DNA from: Bugula neritina
Taxonomy: Eukaryota > Animalia > Bryozoa
DNA: 64,000 bases
NCBI GenBank assembly: GCA_964035545.1
Contig: OZ037765.1
Location: 8,938,698 to 9,002,697, forward strand
Direction of reading: 5' to 3'
Made by a program: the position numbers and the translations under genes. Positions 23,501 to 35,094 of this stretch are shown piece by piece (positions within the stretch are counted from its first letter, which is position 1; each line of letters opens with the position of its first letter). The notes under the pieces are model-generated. The model searched no databases. It had not been told where the DNA came from and was given only the letters and a program-made list of their open reading frames with translations.

Positions 23501-23932
23501 TGCACACAAAGCAGTCTGTAGTGGTGTCATCCCACTAAGAGGATTCCCAGTTATACGATATTTATAGATTTTAGTGTAATATATGTATTTTACGCTATTA
23601 TTTAGCACATAATAGAAAGCAAAGAAGCCACCAGCAGGCCACTTACAGTAACAATGCTTCTATAAGAAGCCATCTTGCACAAACCCTAAACTTAAAGGTA
23701 AAAGATAGACAAAATATAATATGAAAAAGTTGTAATATAGCAGTATGTGATATACTATGAAATGCATTTGTGCATTTTACTCTGTTATTCTGAATAAAAT
23801 AAACTACAGCTAAATTAGTATTGAGTTAAAGCAAATAGCTGGCTTGGTAGCTTATTTCATGTTTAGCAGTAAATGCAACAGTTAATTTGTATATTACTAT
23901 ATATTGTACTATATATGTACCAAAATAAAAAT

Positions 23933-23978
23933 ATCGTCTAGGAGGGAATCGTCTAGGAGGGAATCGTCTAAGTGGGAT
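23933..23978. repeat. 15-bp tandem repeat ATCGTCTAGGAGGGA, about 3 copies
   Basis: Direct reading. Confidence 0.85.
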
Positions 23979-26900
23979 GAAACCTCTGTAGTATGTGTTG
24001 CTACTAGTGCAAAAACTACTTCGGTTGCTCTCGCAACCTCAGTAAGCCATGTAGCAGTAATTCGTAAGTACAACAATACCCCCACTTTAGTAGTGCATAA
24101 AACTACAACACGTGTACGAAACGACCTGAAAAAGTGGGCACGGAGCGACTTGTGTACGACATGACCTGCACCCCTTTGGCTTTGTAAATAAACTTTATTA
24201 CTATGCTAGTTACGTCTTACTGCTGGTTAGTAACTTAGAGTTAGTGTTACTGAAAAAAGTAACAGTAACACACTGAGTGTCACTGTTAGTGTTAGTCTTA
24301 CTAGTCCTAACAGTTACACTAAGAGTTAGAGTAAGTCCAACTCAAACTGAAGCTGCAAATTTTACTCTTCAGTAACACTAACTGTAAGTGTGACTGAAGT
24401 TGAACTGCGAGGTTTGTTATTAGAATAATAATATTGTTATGATGGAAAATTATCAAGACTTTTAATTTGCAAATGAAACGTTGAATCAATTGGTAAAAAA
24501 CTGAGAAAAATCTAATTACTTACTTGCTGTTGCGAACACGTATCACGGTATCAGTATCACAATTTTGAAGCGATTGTTGAACGCGCTTGGGGCATAGAGT
24601 GACGTGGAGATTTTAGAAACACGTGGTCATTAACGTGCAGTTATCCAATGGGATGTAGAGATAAAAAAATTCCTGCAAATCTGGATAGCAAATCGAAAGG
24701 AGCTGTTTTATGTGAAAGATAGTCCGAAAGCCCACCCGTTTAGGAATTTAAAAATATTTATACTCACGGTCTCTACTTCTATCGATAGTTTAAGTTAATT
24801 TACTTGGGCGGGCTGTTAAATGTTGTCTCGCTTACATTGAGTGGTTAAAGCATTGTTATGTACATAGGCTCCACGTGAACACGTGTGTGAAAAGTGGCAC
24901 TCGTTGCTGCTAAAGTACCACGTGTCATCGCAGTTTCACGAATCACATAATTGTGAAAATCGTAACTGTGGTTGAATAAATTACATAACAATGATCCGTA
25001 GTTGGCATGTCTTCTTTTACCATGAATACAAACGTTGGTGCGATTGATGAACATTTTGCACGGGTTTTACAATCCCTATGCATGCGAATTCAAGTCACAG
25101 CTGCTGAATAGTTCTGTGGGTCTTGGAGGATAAGTGTGGTTGACTTAATCAAACTCAACTGGTATTTTAAGTTGCCCACCACAATCGGTTTATTCTACAC
25201 CACATTTCAAGTAGTAGTCCACTTAAATTGGTGCATAACGATATCGAAGCCTATATAACATGTTATTTTCTAGCTTTTATTGCATACTTTCTATGTATCA
25301 TCAATAACTTATCAACAGAACTTATTTTTGGTTTTATGTAAAAATAAGTTTTAGCACAAATTCTATAACACCGTAAAACCAGTAAAGCCAATGAAAGTGT
25401 ATATCAATAACAGTTTAGGGCAGCAGGTCTCAATCTTCTCAAAGTTATTGAACCAAATTCTAGCCTATGCTGCTCAAAGATGGCCTATGCAACCAAAGTA
25501 TTTTACTTGATATAATCAAAGTAACAGAGCATAGCCATAATCAATTAATTGGTTTTAGTTCCATAAAAATTTCAAGCGAATTATTTTAGTGCAAAGAGTG
25601 CAGTATGATATATGAATAATCATCATTAATAACAATGTACATGCAGAAAATGATATATTCTATGACTGCAAAAGTTGTGACAACATAAAACATAAAATTA
25701 GGAGCAAACTGAATTTTGCTAAATGCTTCATCTTTCTCACCCAACTATAAATTTTTTTGGAATACCTAAGTTTCAAAACACTGGTGTAGGATTATGTAAA
25801 TGAGTATTGTAAAATCATGCCTATGCATTTTAATTTTTACAAAATAAAAAAATATCCAAATTTAGAAGCATTTATAATTTTTACCATCAAAGTATCTGCT
25901 AAGTTATACATTTAACATATTCCATCATGTGTGCGCGTGTGTGTGTTTACATATATGATACATAACCATAATTTTAAATTGTTTAGTATAATGCTTAGTT
26001 CTTACAATAAATGAATAAATCATCGTAGACTTCGCCCCCTCACGGAAAAAGAAAAACATCTTAGGGTTGGTGCACAATATATCTTACAACTTACAATATT
26101 TTGACAAAAAACTATTAATCAATTTAAGCACATGTTGGATATAGTTAGCACTTTCATCCTTAACTAAATCCTAATTGCTGTCCAAAATTACTGGCCTTCC
26201 TAAAAAAAACCAGTCAAAATGAAGGTAAAACTGTTTCCAGCTTGCTGCAGCAAGAGTTGTAAAAACTATTGGTTTACATTGACAAAAAAATCTATCTTAC
26301 TTTAAAAAATAGATGTTGTATTAAAAAGGTGGCAAGATCTCTCAACTAACCATTTGATAAAAAACTGATATAACAGACAAAGAGACTAAGTTTTACTAGA
26401 TAATATTGAGCTGGCAGCCTGATGAAAGAGACTAGGGCTGAGCAGCAACTAAAACCAAGTGAATTATCAGGTGTTAAAACACAATCTTTGTTGAAGAAGT
26501 CACTGCTGCTCAGTCATAAGCATTTCATTGGTATAACCATAATATAATTATTCTGTAATGAGAAGACATGTAAAAGAACTTTCTCCGTACATTCTTACCA
26601 TGGCACTCAATGAAAGTTAGTGGTTGCTAAAAAACCCAAGTTGAAGTATTGGTAGTTTAAACTTGTCATTGCAATAAAATTATCTGGCAATGAGAGCTGA
26701 GACAAATATTTATCCAAAAAGTATCATTATCTAGAATAATAATGTGCCAATTATTCAAGAAGTTGTCATACTTTTGTGTTTCACTGTGTAAACTAACTGT
26801 GTCAACTTATACACAAGTGTGTAAAAATTTATTCAACAACAAAATGTGGTAAAGTATAAAATTATTTACAATTGATAGCACATAGCATAGGAAATTATTT

Positions 26901-27204
26901 ATACCATGCTGTAATGAAACCTGAAGGCTTTTAATATAAACTGTAAAATGTTAGAAAAATATAGGAAATAAACTGTTATGTTATCTACATGTACAACAAC
27001 CTTTGATAATAAAGCTTAAGCATAAACATGGTTTTGTAATGCTAACTAAATTGCAGCTTCAAAACATGAAACTGAAAAAAAGAATATAAAAAATTCAGAA
27101 TTAGTTAAAACAAAAGTAACAAACCTAAGTAAGATAAAGTAGTGCATTTACCGGGAATGCACGTTTGTTAAAAGGTCTCTAGTCAAAATTTATTCCAGGT
27201 TATG

Positions 27205-27872
27205 TTACACTGGAGAAATATAATGTCCCTGTGTAGAAAATACGTCAGTTTCACTATCTTGGTTCTGATTTTTTCTCTGATTGTATTTACCAACTTTGCA
27301 CATAAGAGTTGTGACACAATGTGACTGAGTTGCAATCATGACAGAGTGGGTATAAGAGCACGTGTCACACAGATTAACTTGACACTGCAAACACCTTCTG
27401 CCAGCTGTAGCATAAAACCCTTCTGTAGCACAATGGTCACACATGGGTTGGTATTTCCAGGTCTGGTAAAACTCATCATGAGAGCAAGCCAATATCTAAA
27501 TAATAGTTTTTAAAAGTTAATTGACTAAAAATTAAATACACATGCTTAAAATATGCCAGTTTGTATTTCAGGCACAAATATAAAAACATACAAAAATAGT
27601 ACCTTATCGCTAAGATGCCAGATTCCCCACGGAGGCGCACTTAGGTTACCGCAGTATGGACATGGGAAGTCTAAAGATTCTTGATACTTTTTAATTTTTA
27701 CATAGTTAACAAGGCACAAGTCACAAAAAGAATGTTTACATTGAAGATAAGTGGGTTTCACAGCCAGTCCATTACATAGCTTGCATATCACTACTGAATG
27801 TGGCAGTATTGAGCAAGCATTTGAACTTGCTTTCGAAAATGTGTAAGGATGGCCTACAGGCTTTTTACTCAT
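27205..27872 (-). CDS. Short TRIM-like RING + B-box1 protein (exons ~27872-27603 and 27495-27205)
   Basis: C3HC4 RING CKLC...CKHSFCDLCL...FPCPYC; AAG|gtac...tttag|ATA phase-0 intron; B-box CDHC...CLQCQVNLCDTCSYTH...H. Confidence 0.75.
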
Positions 27873-28049
27873 GGCAGCAACAGTTTGATCATCATCTGCA
27901 ACAACACATAGAAGATGAACATTATATAAATTAAAATTTTCTAAGTTTCCTTTTAAATTTCGCAAATTGAAATTGGCCTATAAAAATATTTGGCTAGGAG
28001 CTGTGAGACGATAACATAAAATTGAGCATAATCATTAAATTAAAATCTC

Positions 28050-30085
28050 CAACCCTATTACTATTAGTATTAGTATTGGCATTGCTACAAGTGCGTCATG
28101 CATGCAACTAATACTATTACTATTAGTATTAGTATAAGTATTAGTTATTAGTTATATTTATTATTATAGTATAAGTATTACCATTGGCATTAGACTTAGA
28201 GTTAGTATTATTATTAGTATTAGTATTACTATTACTATTAGTATTACTATTGGTAATACTAATAGTGTTACTATTAGTATTACACTTACGTCTTACACTT
28301 ATAGTAATTTACTCTGAGTAATACTATAACTATAAGTTATAGTATAACTATAAGTATAAGTATAACTATTACTATTAGTATTAGTATTAGTATAAATGTA
28401 TTACTATTAGTATTAGTAACTATTACTATCAGTATCAGTATTAGTATTACTATTAGTATTACTATTAGTATTAGTATCAGTGAGTCATAACTCAAAAATT
28501 TGTCATGTTATCCATAGTATTTGCTCACTTTGTATAATCGTAGACTACGTTTCACTGTATCTTAGTAGTCAACGCTTAAAGATATCAACAAGCGCTTGAA
28601 TTCGACATCAACATGTGATATAAGTTGTCATGCTGGCAACTTTTACTCCGCTATGAGTTTTCGCAGTTTGTTTACTGCACAGTCTTGGACGTTAAAGGTA
28701 CCAAATAAAATGCCATTGACAGGGGTCGCTTGAAATCAGCTTATACAATTAGCACAAATAAATTTAAATTTTCTTTTTATTTTCAAACATTTCAACTCTT
28801 ATTATAACGCTTAAAAATTAAAAAACAATTCAAAAATTAGTTATTTTAATAATATTACTACAGTGCTGTAATACAAACATTGGGCTTGGCTTTAAGAAAA
28901 GTAGAAATTGCTAAACGGATATTGCGTAACACCATCGGGCAACAACTAGTCAACATTATTATAAGTTATAATCATTATGGTAATGATAACTCAATTATAA
29001 ATTAAAATCATAATTATGATTGTTTTTATTGCTAACAAACTGTAAATGCAGTTTTAAAATATTTTGATGTGATTGTTTACCAGCTCTTTCATTTACTGAA
29101 CAAATTCCAATTGAATGTTTAGTAAATGTAAGTTAATGTTATAACTGAATAAGTATAACTATTAGTATTAGTATTACTATTAGTATTACTATTAGATTTA
29201 GTATTACTATAACTATAAGTATAAGACTAAGTATGAGTTATACTTATAGTTATTCAGTTATTCATAGTATAACTATAAGTACAAGTTAAACTTAATGTAT
29301 AAGTATAAAATTTACTCTAAGTATTAGTATTAGCCGTATAGGTATAACATGTACATTAAGTTTAACTATAAGACTAAGAGTAAGTTAGACTTAGAGTATA
29401 AGACATAAGCATAACATTAACTATAACATTAACTAATAGTAATAGTAATAATAATACTATTACTAAATATTACTATAAGTATAACATAAATAAACATTAC
29501 AATATAATTTATCAATTAGAAGTAGTATAAGTATACCTATAACAATAACATTAACTGACTATAATATAAACATTAACTATAAGTATAAGTTAAAGTATAA
29601 GTAATACTCTAACTTATAGTTATGCTAATATTGTTTGGTATAGTAGGTATTACTCAATGTGTGTGGTATAGTAGGTATTACCCTGTGTCTGGTATAACAC
29701 TAATAGTAATACTAATACTAATAGTAATACTAATTATACTAATAGCCTAATAGTAAATGTAATACTAATAGCAATAGTAATACTACTAGACAATAGTCAA
29801 TACTCAATAGTATAACCGTATAAGTATAACTATAAGTACTACTATAACTACTAATACATAAAGTTAAGCTATTACTATGAGTATTCGTATTACTATTACT
29901 ATTAATAAAAATATTATTAGTACAACTATAACTATAAGTATAAGCATAACTATTACTAAGTATAAGTACAAGTAGATATTAAGAAAAATATAACATTGTC
30001 AATATCATTATGATTATGACTTATGATCAACTAATAAAACTATAAGTATAACTATTACTATAAGTTATATTATAACTATAAGTGT
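28050..30085. repeat. Cryptic simple-sequence tracts (TATTAG/TAGTAA/TATAAC-type hexamers) around a non-repetitive core at ~28500-28950
   Basis: Direct reading; similar tracts at ~24230-24400, 32600-33130, 34070-34140, 46480-47510 and 48060-48390. Confidence 0.8.
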
Positions 30086-30467
30086 AGCATCTCAAACTGA
30101 TTAAATTCTTGGCTTTGCACTTACAGTAGGCAAGTAGCTATAGACTTAGCCAATCATGGATACTCATACTGAGAGTGATACTGATAGTCATGGTGATAGT
30201 GATCAGTTATTCAAAATCAATGAATAGTATTATCATCATTGAATTAAATTTGTCATAACTTTGCAGTATTTTGCTTTTGTTGATTTAAAATCACTTTAAC
30301 TTTAACATAAACTCAAGGCCCAGCTGTAGATGTAATCTTATTGCTTATAAATATTACTATTATTTATTTATACTGTTATTTTACTTAAAGTTGATCTCAA
30401 AGTGATTAAGTGTTGGTGTTATTTATGATTACATTTAGTATTAGTATTGGTAATATAAATATCATAT

Positions 30468-33400
30468 GTGACCTGGCACCACAAAACAAGGGATGTATAT
30501 AAAATGTTGGATACCTAGTTATTACTATGGAGTGATAGAGCAGACTTTTTTGAACATTTTGCACTTTATTTGAAGTCTCTAGCATAAGTAGAACTCGAGA
30601 TATCAGTATTTAAAAACCTTAACGTTTTTAGAATTTCTAAATTACTGTTTCGAGAAAATCGCGTTTAAAGTTGGCAACTCTAGAATAAGTTGAGAATTAT
30701 TTGTTTACAATTTACAAGCCTTAGCAACGGGTCTTTGTATAACAGGAATAGTGACAAATTTGGTATCAAAATAATTGTGAAAGTTTGGGCTTTCTGTTAA
30801 ACTAAATTTCATGCTGCCTCAACATAAAATTAGGTCAAATATGGCCGCCAAACTTTTTGTCTAATTTATTTGTCAATTTGCTTTTTACTTTGTTTAATGG
30901 TTGAAAGGTTTAACAATTCCAGCAAAGAAGATGTTTCAGCAAGTTTGTGTGTTGAGATATTTAAGTTAGACATCCAAGTCAGCAGGAAGTCATATAAAAC
31001 AAAATGGCAGCTGCTTCCTCTTATACATTGAATACCTCCCTTTCCTCTAATATATTGTGTAATATATCAAACTGGAGCTATTGAGCTGTGCTGTTTCATA
31101 ATTATTGCTTTATGAGTAGAACACTTATGAGAAAATTATTTGACTATTATGAGATCATGCGAGGTTCATTCATAAATATCTTTATAATCTCTAACAGCAA
31201 CTAAATTTAGCAATTGATTTGGCTGAGATGTTGAAAATATTATAAACATAAAATCAGCTATTTGAACTTTTGAGTTTTATTAGGCATTATTATTCACATT
31301 TAAAACATCAAATACATTATTTTAAAAAACCAATTAAATGCAGTAAAAAAACCAGCCTGGATACAACCATTATGCTTGAATTAACTCTTATCAAGAAAAG
31401 AAAATTAGATAGCTTCTACGGTTTTTGCAGAGAAGGCACTTATCATCTTTCTACTTTCTTGGTCTTCATAATATGAGTTTACGGAGTATGGACACATAAC
31501 ATCATGTATGTGGCAAAAGCTTCATCACTATCATCAGTTGATTTTCTAGCAATTATAGATGCTGCTACTTGACCTCCATCCTGCAAATCTACCCACTTAT
31601 TGTCTATTCCAGAGCTGCAAGTACAATGTTGACTTTTTTTAAATAACAAAAGGAAACGGTAGCTTGATTAGAAATTATACCCAGTTATATTATAAAAATT
31701 TAGTTGGCTGAACACTCTTGTAGTACTATTATGGCAGTAGTTAATTGTGATCCTGCATTTCATCAACGTTTAAATTTATTGAACTAAACAGAACAATTTA
31801 AATTAAAAAAATGCTTGATAATTTTCAAGCACATCATTAAAAGACTGCAAACCTTTTTATGAATGAAATAAGCAGAAGCCATAACCTTGCAAGCCAAAAT
31901 TCGGAGTGTCTACATTAGAAGTATTAGATTGATAGGTAGTAGAGTTGTGTAGGTATAAGTCTTCACTCTAATGCCCTCACAAGTGCACTTTCTAAAATGT
32001 ACAGAATATCGGATTATTCTATATTAACATAGCATTACCAGTAAAATTACACATTATGCACTTGAATATCTAGCATATCTGCAACTGGCAATTTTGAAGC
32101 AATGTCTTTAGATAACTATTAACCACTCAGGCATTTAATTGAGTAAAAAAGCTAGCTAAGTGCAACTGAATCTATTAGAGACATTTACTATAAAATCAAT
32201 TTGAATTCAATGAATTACTTTAAAATATGAATAAATTTTTGCTCATCTTATAATAAAATTAAAAAGTTTAGACTATTTATGCATTCAGCTAGTGTTACTA
32301 CTCACTAAATAAGACTAAAAGTAACTTACTGAAAAACTAAGTCAGTCAACTATAGAATCATCATGAACTCGCATTAATATTTCATCATTATAATCATTTA
32401 CATTTAGTCACATTTATCATTTCAATTTGGTTATAGGTGATGCTTTTATCAATATAAATATGATTATCAATTGAGTTTTGATAGTAACACTAACTGTAAG
32501 CCTGCATAATGTGATAAAGATTTTATCATTATATTTTAAATCAAACTTTGAGCTAATTTAAAAATCACAAAAGGAACCGGTAGTTTGACTAGTACTAGTA
32601 GGCCTAATGTTAATACTAATAGTAATAGTAATCAGTAACTGTATTGACAAAATCTAAGACAGAGGCTAAAAGTTACTAAGAGTAAGAGTAAGTCTAATGT
32701 AAATTGAAATATCAACTATAGAATAAATCAATAAATATAATACTATCAGTATGAGTATCAAGTTTCAATAGCAAAGGCAAAACTCAGAGTCAGACCCAAA
32801 TAATAATACAGTAATACTAATAAGTAATTAGTAATAGTAATACTAATTGTAATAGTGAATTTATAATTATTAATTACTTATACTTATACTTATAGTTATA
32901 CTATTAGTATTATTATTAATGAGTTACATTTGGTTTTACTACCAAATACCAGTATCAGTAAATCATGAATAATAGTCATTATGATTATCATTATGAGTAA
33001 CCGTACCTCAAACTGTGAGTCATAGTGAAAGTCATTTAAATAGTTACTAGTAGTAGTATAGTATAGAATAGAATAGACTAAGACAGACTCCTACTCCTAG
33101 TGATAGTATAAATATTATTAAATTGATAACTACAAATAATCCTGGCAACAATTTTAAGTTAGTAGCGTAAATGATTGTTTTGAGTATAATTACCTGTATT
33201 GTTGTGGTTTTCAAGCTTGAACGCTAAAGATAAAGATTAAGTTCAGCATTTATCACCAAAGGGCAAAACAGCTCAGTAACTTAAAAGCTAACTTTGGATG
33301 GAACACGATGAAAAACTAAAACTAGCCTTCGATTTTAAATATGATGCTTCTGACAGTACGAAGAAAGAGGTGTAAGCTAAATTCAGTTGATAAAAAATAA

Positions 33401-33711
33401 ATTTGCAAGATCTCATGCTATGAAAGTGACTAAAATTGTCTTCTTTCTTTAATCGATAACTTCGCAATTTTTTCATCATTTAAAAAATTGAAAGCCTTAG
33501 TTACCAACTTTAAATGCAATTTTAGAGCTGAAGGAATCATCAAATGCTTACGAAAGTATGATTTTTGAAATCCTTAGATTTTTTTGCACTAGAAAAGTCT
33601 AAAATCTAAAAATTGGAAATTAATTTCAAATTTAAGTATTTCCAAATTAAACCTTCATTTACTACACTTAATAAACGCCGCCACATCCCCGGTTTTGTCG
33701 CGACTGGTCAC
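30468..33711. mobile_element. Old non-autonomous TIR DNA transposon (~3.2 kb) with ATAT target-site duplication (Sola1-like)
   Basis: Left ATAT|GTGACCTGGCACCACAAAACAAGGGATGT versus right (reverse complement) ATAT|GTGACCAGTCGCGACAAAACCGGGGATGT; no transposase ORF seen. Confidence 0.65.
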
Positions 33712-33885
33712 ATATTGTGATATTCATTATGACTATAATTATTCATTTGCAGCTAAACTTAATCAGTTTTGATACAATTTTAATCATGAATAATATTATA
33801 AGGTTATATTTAATTATTAATTGTTAACATACAGTCATATTACATTTATAATTATATTATTTTATTTTATGAGCAATCTATAATC

Positions 33886-33893
<8 letters not shown>

Positions 33894-33955
<62 letters not shown>
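33894..33955. repeat. (TA)n microsatellite
   Basis: Direct reading. Confidence 0.95.
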
Positions 33956-33958
<3 letters not shown>

Positions 33959-33961
33959 AAT

Positions 33962-34006
33962 CTGTGGACAGCAGCTGTTTCGGGATTTGTCCCCTCATCA
34001 GCACAG
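33962..34006 (-). ncRNA. Minimal type I hammerhead ribozyme (Penelope/retrozyme type)
   Basis: CTGTG-CTGATGA-GGGGACAAATCCC-GAAA-CAG-CTG-CTGTC^CACAG: complete catalytic core, stem I CTGTG/CACAG, stem II, short stem III, GUC cleavage triplet. Confidence 0.85.
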
Positions 34007-35094
34007 AACAGAGTACCATGGCCCACACCTTCGCAATAGTAAAACTTATAGTTTTACTAAAGCATATTTAGTCAATTACTGCTAATAGTAATACTAATAG
34101 TAATGGTATTGTGATTTACTAATTAGTTATAGTCATTAGAATGATAATTCCAGTGAGTATGATATTACTGTATAGCATTAACTGATTTATTTTAGTTAAG
34201 CATAATTTTTGACCAGTAATATGACTCTATTACTACGTGTATACCTATAGGTATTTAATATGTATATGTTGATTTTTTTTCCGTTGGTATAAGTATGAAA
34301 TATAACTATCAGTATTAGTATGAAATTGAATCTAGGTTAAAATAATAAATATTTCTAAAGTATTACCTTTCTCTTGAACCCCACCAATTCTATTATAAGA
34401 TATTTTTCTAAGGAAAGATTTTTGGTATTTTATTTACAATCAAGCAGACACAAGAGACACAAATTGCATAACAATAAATTATATGTAAATCTGCATTATT
34501 TTGATGTTCACAGTTGCTTTGTCCAATTTATATATGGATGCAATCTGCCTGTAGTTTACTTCAAAACAGAGTTATATATTATAAGATAAAATTGATCTAA
34601 TGAAATATTTGGTTTTTATTAGTTTGTATCGATGCCATCTTTTCTATACTTTTTTTTATTAATCACTACTATGCATTGGCTGTATATATTATTTTAGGTT
34701 ATACTTTTTAGTTATTTCAATTATTTTAAAGCATAAAGTTTTGTAAATAAAATTGCAAGTTATTAATATCAATATTATAAAGCAAACAGTTTTAAAAATT
34801 ACCTAATGATAAAATTTGCTGATTAATGACATAAGGTTGTGTTGGATAATTTTTATTTGTAGTATCACTTCATTATTTTGTATTGTACAAAGTATTGTTG
34901 TGTTATTAATTTAAATTGCCTAAAAATGTCAACACAGGCTCAAAGGTTGTTAACTTAAGTAATTACTTGTGTTTGAGGTTTTCCATCTGAGAGGTTTTAA
35001 TTTAAATCCAAAGTTTACGGTTTTTGCTGAAGTTTTTATCAAATTATTTATTGCGTGTGTCCTTGTAGATGACGCAGTCGTAGAATCTTCTCAG

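Noticed and set aside
28915-28950. Possible Helitron 3' end (...CGGGCAACAACTAGT); similar near 27150-27183
   Set aside because: Hairpin is poor and no 5' end was identified.
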